From Candidatus Poribacteria bacterium (GTDB lineage Bacteria > Poribacteria > WGA-4E > WGA-3G), in contig CBDANF010000003.1 of assembly GCA_965197475.1 (NCBI GenBank), forward strand, positions 3,264,001 through 3,328,000: a stretch of DNA of 64,000 nt. Reading direction: 5' to 3'. The notes beneath the pieces were generated by a model. It did not search any database, was not told the DNA's origin, and saw only the letters and a program-made list of their open reading frames with translations. The translations under genes and the position numbers were made by a program. Positions 22,601-33,500 of the stretch are shown in pieces (the stretch's first letter is position 1; every line of letters starts with the position of its first letter).

Positions 22601-25600
22601 CAATCCATCAAAATCACCGGTTTGCAGTGTTGTGATCCCTTTATCGTCAAGACGAAGTAAAGTAATCGCTGCGAGGTGTGTTGCTGTCACATCATCTGCA
22701 GAACTAACCCCCGGCACTGCAGCAACAATAGCATCACGCACCTGCCGTGTGCGTTCACTGAGCGGCGGATCTGGTGTATCGGGTACGTCGGTAACATTAA
22801 TCGTGACGGTAATGCTATCTGTCCCCCCATTCCCATCAGAAACAGAGACCGTGACCGAGTAAGATGTCTTTGTTTCATAATTGAGGGATGCTTTGGTTTG
22901 CAGCTGCCCAGAACTACTAACAATACCAAAAGATGCCGCATCCGTGCCACCGAGCGTCCAAGTCAACGTATCGTCATCCGCATCTGTCGCAGCAACGGCA
23001 GTACCGATGTTATTACCGGCAGCGGTGTTCTCCGCAACGGAACGTGATGTGCTTGTGCCATCAGTGAGGGTCGGTGCATCGTTTGCGTCTGTAACGTTGA
23101 TTGTGACGCTAATGCTATCACTACCGCCGTTCCCATCAGAGACAGAGATTGTCACAGAATAGGAGGACCTGCTTTCATAATTGAGAGATGCGCTTGTGCG
23201 GAGCTGCCCGTTTGTGCTATTGATGCCAAACGATGCCGCATCCGTGCCACCGAGCGTCCAAGTCAACGTATCGTCATCCGCATCTGTCGCAGCAACGGCA
23301 GTACCGATGTTATTACCGGCAGCGGTGTTCTCCGCAACGGAACGTGATGTGCTTGTGCCATCAGTGAGGGTCGGCGCATCGTTTGCGTCTGTAACGTTGA
23401 TTGTAACGGTGATAGTATCCGTGCTGCTACCATCAAAAGCCGTGACCGTTACCGTATATGAGTTCTTAGCTTCGTAGTCAAGTGCAGCACTGGTTTGCAG
23501 CTGCCCTGTTGTGCTAACAATACTGAATGCGGATGCATCGGTGCCGCTGAGACTATAGGTTAAGCTATCATTGTCCGCATCTGTCGCACCAACCGCACTG
23601 CCGATGTTTATGCCGGAGGCGGTGTTTTCTGCTACGGAGCGGGTAACGGCTGCGCCATCCGTGAACACCGGTGGTGTTGGAATTGTAATATCAAGGTCTA
23701 AACTTCTACCAGCTGCCTCAATTGCTGCGATGAGTCTGAGGAGCGGTCCGTAATCTGATATCGGATTTCCCCGGAGCCAGAGCCTTGTCAGATTTGTCAA
23801 ATCTTCAAGCGCAGATATATCGCTGAGGCGGTTAGAGCGCAGATAGAGGTATCTGAGATTTGTCAAATCTTCAAGCGCAGATATATCGATGAGGCGGTTA
23901 TAGGACAGATAGAGCGTTGTGAGATTTGTCAAATCTTCAAGCACAGATATATCGCTGAGGCTGGTATTGTACAGATAGAGCGATGTGAGATTTGTCAAAT
24001 CTTCAAGCGCAGATATATCGCTGAGGCTGGTATTATTGCTCAGATGGAGCCATGTGAGATTTGTCAAGTTTTCAAGCACAGATATATCGCTGATGCTGTT
24101 ATAGGACAGATAGAGCCATGTCAGATTTGTCAAGTTTTGAAGCGGAGATATATCGCTGATGCTGTTATCGCCCAGATCGAGCGATGTCAGTGAAGTCAAT
24201 CCATCAAAATCACCGGTTTTCAGTGTTGTGATCCCTTTATTGCCAAGACCAAGTGAAGTAATAGCTGCGAGGTGCGTTGCAGTCACATCATCTGCAGAAC
24301 TAACCCCCGGCACTGCGGCAACAATAGCATCGCGCACCTGCTGTGTGCGTTCACTGAGCGGCGGATCTGGTGTATCGGGTACGTCGGTAACATTAATCGT
24401 GACAGTAATGCTATCTGTCCCCCCATTCCCATCAGAAACAGAGACCGTGACCGAGTAAGATGTCTTTGTTTCATACTCCAGGGCTGCTTTGGTTTGCAGC
24501 TGCCCGGAACTGCTAACAATACCAAAAGATGCCGCATCCGTGCCACCGAGTGTATAGGTGAGCGTAGTACCACTATCCGGATCAGTCGCAGCAACCGCAC
24601 TGCCGATGTTATTACCGGAGGCTGTATTTTCTGCGATAGACCGTGATGTGCTGCTGCTATCACTGAACACGGGTGCCTCGTTGACATTCGTGACATTGAT
24701 CGTGATAGTAATAGTATCCGTAAGGGTTCCATCTGATACCGTTACAACTACGGTATAGGATGTCTTTGTTTCATAGTCAAGTGCTGCCTTGGTTAGCAAC
24801 CTTCTGGTCGTGCTATCAAAGGTAAACGATGCTGCATCCGCGCCACCCAGACTATAGGTCAACGAGTCACCATCAGGCTCACTCACATCCAAAGCATTAC
24901 CGATGCTTGTATTTGCAGCGGTATTCTCAGGAATGGAGCGCGTATCGCTGCTATGTTTAAACGCGGGTGCCTCGTTGACATTCGTGACATTGATTGTGAC
25001 GCTAATGCTATCACTACCGCCGTTCCCATCAGAGACAGAGATTGTCACAGAATAGGAGGACCTGCTTTCATAATTGAGAGATGCGCTTGTGCGGAGCTGC
25101 CCGTTTGTGCTATTGATGCCAAACGATGCCGCATCCGTGCCACCGAGACTATATTCTAAGGTGTCGTTATCTGGATCGGTTGCAGCGACAGGTGTGCCGA
25201 TGTCATTACCGGCAGCGGTGTTCTCCGCAACGGAACGTGATGTGCTTGTGCCATCGGTGAGGGTCGGCGCATCGTTTGCGTCTGTAACGTTGATTGTAAC
25301 GGTGATAGTATCCGTGCTGCTACCATCAAAAGCCGTGACCGTTACCGTATATGAGTTCTTAGCTTCGTAGTCAAGTGCAGCACTGGTTTGCAGCTGCCCT
25401 GTTGTGCTAACAATACTGAATGCGGATGCATCGGTGCCGCTGAGACTATAGGTTAAGCTATCATTGTCCGCATCTGTCGCACCAATCGCACTGCCGATGT
25501 TTATGCCGGAGGCGGTGTTTTCTGCTACGGAGCGGGTGACGGCTGCGCCATCCGTGAACACCGGCGCACGGTTGCTGGGCGCGTTGAAGATCGTCAACGG

Positions 25601-27361
25601 TAGATTGGCAGATTTGACAGGTTCGTAGCCTCTATGTCGCGTAGGTAGCCCCGGCAATGGGTTTCCAATATCCACAGTAACTGCACCCGTTGTGCCGGAC
25701 GTGCGCGTCACAGTCCGAGATGTACTCTCCACGCCCCCTTGCGGAATTGTAAGCGTAGTTGCGCCGCCGCTGATGCTGCCATTCGCAACGCTAACAGGCA
25801 GGATAATTGCGAACGGCGCACCCGCAGGCGCGGTCGCTTTAAACTGGTTCACCCCGACCTTTTCTAATGACACAGTCAACGGCATGAGGGCCACGCTGTT
25901 AGCTTGTAGCTGGAGCAATGTCAATCTAGTCAATCCACGAAATACCCCCGCTGGTAGCGTTGAAAGTTGATTGCCATTCAAAAGCAGTTGTATCAATGAT
26001 GATAAACCGGAAAACACGGCCGTGGGCAGGTCTGTCAGTTGGTTACCATCCAAATAGAGGTATTGTAGTTTTGACAATCCCGAAAACACATCTTGAGGTA
26101 GACTCGTAAGTCTGTTATTACGCAGAAAGAGTTGCGTCAGTGATGGTAAACCCGAAAACGCGTCCTCATGTATACTCCTCAACCTATTGGAGTGTATGTT
26201 AATCTGTGTCAGAGACGACATTCCAGAAAATAGATTTTGCGGGAGAGTCGCCAACTGATTGTTATGTATGTGGAGGTCTGTCACCGCGGTTAATCCAGAA
26301 AACACTTCTGGCGATAGACTTGTCAACTGATTATTACCCAAATCGAGCGTTTTCAGGGATGACAGCTCAGAGAACACATCGGCAGGAAGTGTTCTCAATT
26401 GGTTACCTTGCAATTGGAGTTCCGTAAGTGCTGTTAGTCCGTCAAAATCGCCTGCATTCAGCGTTGAAATACCCTTATTGCGCAGATTGAGACTGGTAAT
26501 CGTAGCGAGGTGTGCTTCCGTTACATCGTTGGCACTATTCACACCGGGGAGTGCCGCGACAATCGCATCGCGCACCTGTGGTGTGATTGCTGATAGGCGA
26601 TACCGTTTCGGGGCCTCAGGGATACTAGGTCCGGGAACAATTACCCTTAACTCACTCGATAAGGGGCGTCTGTCAGTCGTGCATACTGCGCCTACTGCAT
26701 CACAATCTTCTGTCGGTAGCAGGACGATAGACACCTCCGCATTTGATTCGGGTTCAATAGTGATTTCCCAACCAAGGTTGCTGCCCTGCTGCAAGCGTCT
26801 CACGGCTTTCACCGTGCCGCCGGTCACGTTGAGTACGTCATCCCGCACGTTCCTGTAACTAATCCTGATTTTCTCACTAAAGTGAAGCTCAAACGTGAAC
26901 GTGCTGCCATCATGTGATTCTGGCAATGCTTCAAAACGTGCTGTCAAACTCACTTCTGGTATATCGGTGATGTTGATAGTAATAGTGATAGTGTCGGTCA
27001 AGCTGCCATCGGAGACGGTTACGATTACGGTATAGGTCTGTTTTGTTTCGTAATCAAGTGCGGACTTGGTTCTCAGTTGACCAGTATTGTTATCAATACT
27101 AAACACAGCGGCATCCGTGCCGCTGAGACTATAAGTTAAGGTATCGTTGTTTACATCTGTCGCACTCACGGGAGTGCCGATGTTTATGCCCGATGCGGTA
27201 TTTTCGGCGATTGTATGAGTGGTGGAAGTGCCATCCGTGAACACCGGCGCACTGTTAGACGGTGCACTGATAACTTCCAACGGCAGAGCTGCACCAAAAA
27301 CTATTAAAATCGTCACGAAAATGGATACGACATACTTTTTATTTCCTATAAGCGTTTTCAT
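16586..27361 (-). CDS. Giant secreted LRR/cadherin-repeat adhesin (about 3590 aa)
   Basis: ATG at 27361 with AAGGAG RBS; many NxAPxF...AENT...LDYE cadherin-like domains, one 24-aa LRR block, nine capped 22-aa LRR cassettes, PNPFNPETWIPY tail. Confidence 0.9.
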   Translation of the reverse strand: MKTLIGNKKYVVSIFVTILIVFGAALPLEVISAPSNSAPVFTDGTSTTHTIAENTASGINIGTPVSATDVNNDTLTYSLSGTDAAVFSIDNNTGQLRTKSALDYETKQTYTVIVTVSDGSLTDTITITINITDIPEVSLTARFEALPESHDGSTFTFELHFSEKIRISYRNVRDDVLNVTGGTVKAVRRLQQGSNLGWEITIEPESNAEVSIVLLPTEDCDAVGAVCTTDRRPLSSELRVIVPGPSIPEAPKRYRLSAITPQVRDAIVAALPGVNSANDVTEAHLATITSLNLRNKGISTLNAGDFDGLTALTELQLQGNQLRTLPADVFSELSSLKTLDLGNNQLTSLSPEVFSGLTAVTDLHIHNNQLATLPQNLFSGMSSLTQINIHSNRLRSIHEDAFSGLPSLTQLFLRNNRLTSLPQDVFSGLSKLQYLYLDGNQLTDLPTAVFSGLSSLIQLLLNGNQLSTLPAGVFRGLTRLTLLQLQANSVALMPLTVSLEKVGVNQFKATAPAGAPFAIILPVSVANGSISGGATTLTIPQGGVESTSRTVTRTSGTTGAVTVDIGNPLPGLPTRHRGYEPVKSANLPLTIFNAPSNRAPVFTDGAAVTRSVAENTASGINIGSAIGATDADNDSLTYSLSGTDASAFSIVSTTGQLQTSAALDYEAKNSYTVTVTAFDGSSTDTITVTINVTDANDAPTLTDGTSTSRSVAENTAAGNDIGTPVAATDPDNDTLEYSLGGTDAASFGINSTNGQLRTSASLNYESRSSYSVTISVSDGNGGSDSISVTINVTNVNEAPAFKHSSDTRSIPENTAANTSIGNALDVSEPDGDSLTYSLGGADAASFTFDSTTRRLLTKAALDYETKTSYTVVVTVSDGTLTDTITITINVTNVNEAPVFSDSSSTSRSIAENTASGNNIGSAVAATDPDSGTTLTYTLGGTDAASFGIVSSSGQLQTKAALEYETKTSYSVTVSVSDGNGGTDSITVTINVTDVPDTPDPPLSERTQQVRDAIVAAVPGVSSADDVTATHLAAITSLGLGNKGITTLKTGDFDGLTSLTSLDLGDNSISDISPLQNLTNLTWLYLSYNSISDISVLENLTNLTWLHLSNNTSLSDISALEDLTNLTSLYLYNTSLSDISVLEDLTNLTTLYLSYNRLIDISALEDLTNLRYLYLRSNRLSDISALEDLTNLTRLWLRGNPISDYGPLLRLIAAIEAAGRSLDLDITIPTPPVFTDGAAVTRSVAENTASGINIGSAVGATDADNDSLTYSLSGTDASAFSIVSTTGQLQTSAALDYEAKNSYTVTVTAFDGSSTDTITVTINVTDANDAPTLTDGTSTSRSVAENTAAGNNIGTAVAATDADDDTLTWTLGGTDAASFGINSTNGQLRTSASLNYESRSSYSVTISVSDGNGGSDSISVTINVTDANDAPTLTDGTSTSRSVAENTAAGNNIGTAVAATDADDDTLTWTLGGTDAASFGIVSSSGQLQTKASLNYETKTSYSVTVSVSDGNGGTDSITVTINVTDVPDTPDPPLSERTRQVRDAIVAAVPGVSSADDVTATHLAAITLLRLDDKGITTLQTGDFDGLTSLTRLDLYNNSLSDISALEDLTNLTTLYLSGNSLSDISALEDLTNLTTLSLPDNNLSDISALEDLTNLTTLGLTDNSISDISTLQNLTNLTTLGLDDNSLSDISPLENLTNLRYLTLAKNSISDYGPLRRLIAAIEAAGGRLHLDITIPPPIDPPLSERTRQVRDAIVAAVSGVSSADDVTATHLAAITSLSLDNKGITTLQTGDFDGLTSLTRLSLGDNSISDISTLQNLTNLTLLDLSYNPLSDISPLQNLTNLTLLDLTDNSIGDISPLQNLTNLTTLYLSYNPLSDISPLQNLTNLRYLYLIDNSIIDISPLQNLTNLTWLLLSYNSIIDISPLQNLTNLTLLHLPDNSIIDISALQNLTNLTTLDLSDNSISDISALESLTNLGRLNLRGNTISDYGPLLRLIAAIEAADRSLDLDITIPIDPPLSERTRQVRDAIVAAVPGVSSADDVTAAHLAAIKELDIRESGISSLQAGDFNGLTALTDLDLRNNSLSDISALQNLTNLTYLTLRDNSLSDISALHNLTSLTDLNLGNNTSLSDISPLENLTNLTSLYLQDTSISDISPLQNLTNLTTLYLDDTSISDISVLEHLTNLRALNLGNNTSLSDISVLENLTNLRYLSLSDTSLSNISALESLTNLTRLNLSGNTISDYGPLRRLIAAIEAAGGRLNLDITIPIPIDPPLSERTRQVRDAIVAAVPRVSSADDVTGTHLAAITLLNLINKGITTLQTGDFDGLTSLTYLYLNNNRISDISPLEDLTNLRHLYLNNTSISDISPLQNLTNLTWLHLRSNSISDISALEDLTNLTRLYLRGNTISDYGPLRRLIAAIEVAGGSLRLDITIPPEGGNTAPTFTDGISTTRSIAENTAAGINIGSAVSATDPDNDTLEYSLGGTDASSFDINSTNGQLRTSAALNYESRSSYSVTISVSDGNGGSDSITVTINVTDANDAPTLTDGTSTSRSVAENTAAGNNIGTAVAATDADDDTLTWTLGGTDAASFGINSTNGQLRTSASLNYESRSSYSVTISVSDGNGGSDSISVTINVTNVNEAPAFKHSSDTRSIPENTAANTSIGNALDVSEPDGDSLTYSLGGADAASFTFDSTTRRLLTKAALDYETKTSYTVVITVSDGTLTDTITITINVTNVNEAPVFSDSSSTSRSIAENTASGNNIGSAVAATDPDSGTTLTYTLGGTDAASFGIVSSSGQLQTKASLNYETKTSYSVTVSVSDGNGGTDSITVTINVTDVPDTPDPPLSERTQQVRDAIVAAVPGVSSADDVTAAHLAAITELDIRGSGISSLQAGDFNGLTALTDLDLRNNSLIDISALENLTNLTYLTLRDNSLSDISALENLTSLTSLNLGNNTSISDISALEHLTNLTLLYLYNTSISDISTLQHLTNLTTLELSGTSISDISPLEDLTNLRWLTLAGNTISDYGPLRRLIAAIEAAGGRLNLDITIPTPIDPPLSERTRQVRDAIVAAVPGVSSADDVTATHLAAITLLNLINKGITTLQTGDFDGLTSLTYLYLNNNSISDISALEHLTNLRYLYLRSNSISDISALEHLTNLTSLRLAGNTISDYGPLRRLIAAIEAADGSLRLDITIPTPIDPPLSERTQQVRDAIVAAVPGVSSADDVTGTHLAAITSLSLNDKGITTLQTGDFDGLTSLTRLKLGDNSLSDISTLQNLTNLTNLTTLDLRSNRISDISTLQNLTNLTWLYLTNNSISDISPLQNLTNLTRLWLWGNPISDYEPLRRLIAAIEAAGGRLNLDITIPLLPLSERTRQVRDAIVAAVPGVSSADDVTARHLAAITLLSLDNKGITTLQTGDFDGLTSLTRLHLGDNSLSDISPLQNLTNLTRLWLRGNPISDYGPLRRLIAVIEAAGRSLYLDITIPEEADNRALSAPATPIQTELLPNFPNPFNPETWIPYQLSKPAEVTLTIYDMRGVVVRQLKLGQKPAGVYLSRSRAIHWDGKNTFGEKVAAGVYFYQLQADSVSFLRKMAILK

Positions 27362-27430
27362 GATAAACTCCTTAATAATGTTAGTAATGTTAATAATGTT
27401 TTTCGGTTGTAAACTATTACATAAGTTACA

Positions 27431-27456
27431 GTAGGTGCGGTTAGAAACCGCACCTA
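27431..27456. repeat. GTAG-type REP palindrome
   Basis: GTAGGTGCGGTT-AGA-AACCGCACCTA; same family recurs at 50023-50288 and 52467-52608. Confidence 0.75.
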
Positions 27457-27465
27457 TCACTTCTT

Positions 27466-27521
27466 TGTAGCACAAACTTTAGTTTGTGTCGTCCTTGCAC
27501 AAACTGAAAGTTTGTGCTACA
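27466..27521. repeat. GTAG-type REP doublet hairpin directly after the 27530 stop codon
   Basis: TGTAGCACAAACTTTAGTTTGTG ... CACAAACTGAAAGTTTGTGCTACA. Confidence 0.75.
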
Positions 27522-27529
27522 TTTTGCGT

Positions 27530-30500
27530 TTACTTCAAAATAACCATTTTGCGCAGGAAGGACACATTGTCCGCCTGCAGTTGATAGAAATAGATACCAG
27601 TTGCGACTCGTTCCCCAACATCGTTTTTGCCCTCCCAATGCGCAGCGCGGCTTCGGTGGGTGTAGTAGCCTTCCCGCTGATGCCCTAAATCCAGTTGGCG
27701 GACAACGGCACCACGCGCATCGTAGATAGTAATCTGCACGTCACTCGCTTTTGCTAAGTGATAAGGTATCCACGTCTCAGGATTGAACGGGTTGGGATAG
27801 TTGGCGAGTAACTGCGTTTTATTTGGACGTATAGCTGCTAATACACTTTCGACTATGGCAATTGCCCGTAGATACCTGGGTGAACCGTCGCTTTCGGTGC
27901 GTAAGATGTCTAAATAGCCTTGAAGTGTTGCTGGATCTAACTTTTCAAGTGTTTTCTTATCCAGCAAGGAAAACGCTCTTATGATTGATGGAGCTACCTC
28001 TTCATCCTCAATGTGGTAGGTTACAAGTGTCACATCATCAGCATCAACTGTGTTGTCCCAATTGACATCCGTGCGAGAATTAACAATATCCTCTCCGGTT
28101 TGCCCTAATGCAGCGGTTACAAGTGCCGAATCCGTTGCATCGACACTACCATCCTCATTGACATCCCAGGGCGGGTAATCAGTAAGTTCAATAGTAACTG
28201 TAACTGTTTTTGATTCAGCCACAGGGTTTGGCTGGCCTGCGCTATCGGTGGCAGCACCTGCTGCAACATTGAAAGTCACTGACCCACTCATCGTGACATC
28301 AATGTCGGCATCAACAACATATCCAAACCACGTTTCTTGCGATCGCCAACCGCTTATAGTAGCTCCAGCGGTGTTATCTGTAAGTGTCAGCTCTGACTGT
28401 TCAAAGCCTGATACCTCCTCTTGAAACACAACACTTACCTGAAAAGAGTTGTCAAACTGGACCCCTGGAGGTCGAGTAAAACTTATGGAATTATGTTTAA
28501 AAAGACTTGTTACAAACAAGCCAGAGAAGGAAGCCCTTACAATACCGGTTTCTGTATCCAATTTTAGAACCCAGTCTGGTTCTTCACGGTAGATCAGTGT
28601 CCAAATCTCAACTTCAGGTGCAGGATCTGTTATAGTGACGGTGGTTGTATCGCTGCCGCCATTGCCGTCGGAAACGGTGATTGTGACGGAATAAGAAGTT
28701 TTACCGTCGTAATCGAGTGCTGCATTGCTTTTCAAGTAGTATTCATGGTCCTCATCAAGACTAAACAATGATGCATCAGTACCACCAAGACTATATGTCA
28801 ATATGTCATCATCTTCATCAGTCGCGCGGATAGAAGTGCCTACTTCTTCGCCCTTATTTATAGATAAGGTGATGCTGCTACCATATTGGAAAACTGGTGC
28901 ATTGTTTGTTACTTGCGGTGCCCTGCGTGTAGCAGTAACCGTCACGTCAACGCTTGCACTCCCCCCGTTGCCATCAGTAGCAGTGACGATGACTGAATAG
29001 TCAGATCGCGTATCGCTAATGAAAGCGGCAGTGGTTTGCAGCTGCCCTGTTGTGCTATCAATGTCAAACGATGCAGCATCTGTGCCACCGAGCGTGTATG
29101 TCAAGGTGTCGTTGTCCGCATCTGTCGCAGACACAGGATCCCCGATATTTGTACCGGCGGCGGTATCTCCATCTATTTCTATGCTCCGGATGATGTTACT
29201 TAGTAAGAACACGGGGGCGCGGTTATCGTCTACATCCGTGACATTGATAGTGACGGCGATGGTATCTGTGAGGCTACCATCAGACACAGTGATTGTTACT
29301 GAATAAGATGTCTTTGTTTCATAGTCAAGGGCTGCCTTGGTTTTCAGTTGTCCGGTTTCGCTGTCAATGCTGAATGACGACGCATCGTCACCACTAAGGG
29401 TATACATTAAGGTGTCGTTCTCCTGATCTACTGCAGCCACTGGCGTGCCGATGTTTTCACCCGCCGCCGTATTCTCTGCGACTGATCGGGTCACAGGTGG
29501 AGACTCAGAGCCTGCGGCTACTATTGAGACAATTGCGAACGCGGGTGCATCATTTACATTATTGACATTGATAGTAACGGTGATAGAATCAGTAAGACTG
29601 CCATCAGAAACAGTAATTGTCACCGTATAGGAGTTTTTTCTTTCATAGTCAAGCCATGCCTTGGTTTTCAGATGGCCTGTTTCGCTGTCAATGTCAAACG
29701 ATGCAGCGTTGTAGCCACCGAGGGTATATTCCAACGGGTCGTTATCCGCATCGGTCGCTGTAACTGCACTGCCGATGTTTGTATCCGCAGCCGTGTTTTC
29801 ATCTATGGCGCGGGTTGTGCTATCGCCTTCCGTGAATACGGGGGCGTTGTTTGTCACTTGGTCTACGTCTTGATCCGTTTGTTTGTTCTGGCCGGGACGA
29901 TTATCCGTGGACAAAGGAGCAATGTTATCGTCGACTTCTGTGACGTTGATAGTAACGGTGATTGTGTCAGTTCCACCGTTTCCATCGGAGACGGTGATTG
30001 TCACCGTATAGGTGTTCTTCGTGTCATAGTCAAGCGCAGCACTCGTTTGCAGCTGCCCTGTTGTGTCGACAATATCAAAGGATTCTGCATCCGTCCCACT
30101 AAGCGTCCAGGTCAACGTATCACTGGTATCCGAATCTGTAGCGGATACAGGATCACCGATGTTTTCACCAGCATCCGTATTCTCCGCAACGGAGCGGGTT
30201 GTGCTTTCACCATCAGTGAACACGGGGGCGTTGTTCGCACTCTCCTCAGGTGGAATCGTGATATCTATGTTTACATTCGGATTATTCTGCTTGAGCCTGC
30301 GAAGCGGACCGTAATCCGAAATCGGGTTCCCGCTGATATGTAAGGATGTGAGTGATGTCACATTTTCAACGGCAGACATATCATCGATTTTATTGTTTTG
30401 TAGGTCAAGTATTTTCAGTGCGGTGAGCCCATCAAAGACATCTGATGGCAAGGAAGTCAAGTCGTTCTCGTATAGACTGAGGTCTTCCAGTGCGGTGAGT

Positions 30501-33500
30501 TCGTCAAAAATACCCGATGGCAAGGAATTCAAACCGTTGTCCCACAAACTGAGTTCTGTCAGTGAAGTGAGCTCGTCAAAGACATCTGATGGCAATGAAG
30601 TCAACAACGGATTTTTTTCTATCTCAAGTTTTGTCAGAGCGGTAAGATCATCGAAATCACTGGCTTTCAGGCTTACTGCCCCTGCATTGATTATTTCAAG
30701 TTCGGTAATAGCGGCAATATGTTCCGCAGTCACATCATTCGGAGAATTTACGCCCGGGATCGCAGCAACGATAGCATCTTGCACCTGTGGTGTACGTCCG
30801 GAGAGCAAATTAAGATTGTAATCTATGTACATATCAGGGTTGTTTTCAAGCAGCCTGAGGATTGGTGCCTGACTCACAATCGGGTTCCCAGCGATATGCA
30901 AATGTGTAAGTGATGTCACATTTTCAACGGCAGACATATCACCGATTTGATTGTTTTGCAGGTTAAGTTTTTTCAATACGGTATTATTGTCAAAAACACC
31001 CGATGGCAAAGAACTCAACCGGTTAGACGATAGGTTAAGGTTTTCCAGTGCGGTGAGCTCGTCAAAAACACCCGATGGCAAGGAAGTCAACCGGTTTCTC
31101 CATAGGTTGAGGTCTTTTAGTGCGGTGAGCTCGTCAAAAATACCCGACGGCAGAGAACTCAATTGGTTAATCGCAAGGTCAAGTTTTGTGAGTTCGGTGA
31201 GCCCATCAAAAACATCAGATGGCAAAGAAGTCAACTTGTTCTCAGACAGGTCAAGTTCTTTCAGTGCGGTGTTATTGTCAAAAACATCCGATGACAAGGA
31301 ACTTAACCAGTTAGACTCAAAGTTAATTTTTTCCAGTACGGTGAGCTCGTCAAAAATACCTGACAGCAAGGAACTTAACCGGTTTTGATGCAGGTGAAGG
31401 TTTTTCAGTGCGGTGAGCTCGTCAAAAATACCTGATGGCAAAGACCATAAACCGTTGCCGGGCAGCCAGAGTGTATCCAGTGCGGTGAGCTCGTCAAAAA
31501 CACCTGATGGCAAGGAACTCAAGCCGTTGTCCCACAGACTGAGTTCTGTCAGTGCGGTGAGTTCGTCAAAAATATCAGACGGCAAAGGCCCTAACGACTG
31601 ATTATGTTCTATCTCAAGTTTTGTCAGTCCGGTGAGCCCGTTGAAATCACCGGCATTCAGTCTAGTGAGCCCTACGCTATTTAGTTCAAGTTCGGTAATA
31701 GCGGCAAGGTGCGCCGCGGTAACATCAGCAGCGGAAGTTACACCCGACACTGCGGCAACAATAGCGTCGCGCACCTGCGGCGTGCGATTACTGAGGGGAC
31801 CCAGGTCATCGCCGCTCTCTGTGACGTTGATCCTCACAGTGATAGTATCGCTTCCGCCTTCCCCATCGGAGACAGTGATTGTCACCGTGTAGGTGCTCTT
31901 CGTGTCATAGTCAAGTTGATCCTTGGTTTGCAGCTGCCCTGTTGTGCTGACAATACCAAACGATGCAGCATCCGTGCCACTGAGCGTCCAAGTCAACGTG
32001 TCCTCATCCGCATCTGTTGCTGCAACGGCAGGACCGATGTCTTCGCCGGAACTGGTTCCTTCCTGCACAGCGCGCGTTGTGCTGCTACCATCCGTGAACA
32101 CGGGGGCGTTGTTTGCACCCTCCTCGGGTGGAATCGTGATATCTATGAATATACTCGGCTTCTTGAGCTTGAGCCTGCGGAGCGGTCCGTAATCCGAAAT
32201 CGGGTTCACTTCAACATGTAAATGTGTGAGTGATGTCACATTTTCAACGGCAGACATATCACTGATTTTATTGCTTTGCAGGTCAAGTATTTTCAGTGCG
32301 GTGTTATTGTCAAAAACACCCGATGGCAAAGAACTCAACTTGTTAGACGATAGGTTAAGGTCTTCTAGTGCGGTGTTATTGTCAAAAACACCCGATGGCA
32401 AAGAACTCAACTGGTTAGTCCATAGGTTGAGGTTTTTTAGTGCGGTGAGTTCGTCAAAAATATCAGACGGCAGAGAATTCAACTGGTTACTCGAAAGGTC
32501 AAGTTTTGTGAGTGCGGTGAGCCCATCAAAGACATCCGATGGCAAAGAACTCAAACTGTTGTCCCACATTTTGAGTTCTGTCAGTGAAGTGAGCTCGTCA
32601 AGAATATCTGACGGCAAAGAACTCAAACTGTTTTTATCCAAGTCAAGTTTTGTGAGTTCGGTGAGCCCATCAAAGACATCCGATGGCAAAGAAGTCAGAC
32701 TGGCTTGACGCAGGTTAAGGTTTTTCAGTGCAGTGTTATTGTCAAAAATATCTGATGGCAAAGACCCTAAACCGTTATTGTTCAGCCAGAGTGTCTCCAG
32801 TGCGGTGTTATTGTCAAGAATACCTGATGGCAAGGAACTCAAACCGTTGTCTAACAAACTGAGTTCTGTCAGTGCGGTGAGTTCGTCAAAAATATCTGAC
32901 GGCAAAGACCCTAACGACTGATTATTTTCTATCTCAAGTTTTGTCAGTCCTGTGAGTCCATTGAAATCACCGTCTTTCAGTCCTGTGAGCCCTACGCTAT
33001 TTATTTCAAGTTCGGTAATAGCGGCAAGGTGCGTCTCAGTCACATCATCTGCAGAAGTTACGCCCGGGACCGCAGCAATGATCGCATCTTGCACCTGTTG
33101 TGTGCGATCACTGATGGGGCTTATGTCATCGCTGCTCTCTGTGACGTTGATCCTCACAGTGATAGTATCGGTGCCCCCATTGCCATCGGAGACAGTGATT
33201 GTCACCGTGTAGGTGTTCTTCGTGTCATAATCAAGCGCAGCACTCGTTTGCAACTGTCCTGTTGTGTTGACAATACCAAACGATGCAGCATCTGTGCCAC
33301 CGAGCGTGTATGTCAACGTATCATTATTTTCATCTGTCGCCGCAACGGCAGTGCCGATATTTTCACCTGCACTTGTGTTTTCCGCAACGGAACGGGTTGT
33401 GCTGTCACCATCCGTGAACACGGGGGCACTGTTTGATTCTGGCTCTATTTGTTTGTCATCTCCGGGACGACTCTCCGTGACACTGATAGTGACGTTGATA

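Noticed and set aside
12700-24360. Diversity-generating retroelement as the source of LRR hypervariability
   Set aside because: No reverse transcriptase or template repeat in the window, changes are not adenine-specific, and framework adenines (AAC, AGC, ATA) stay fixed.
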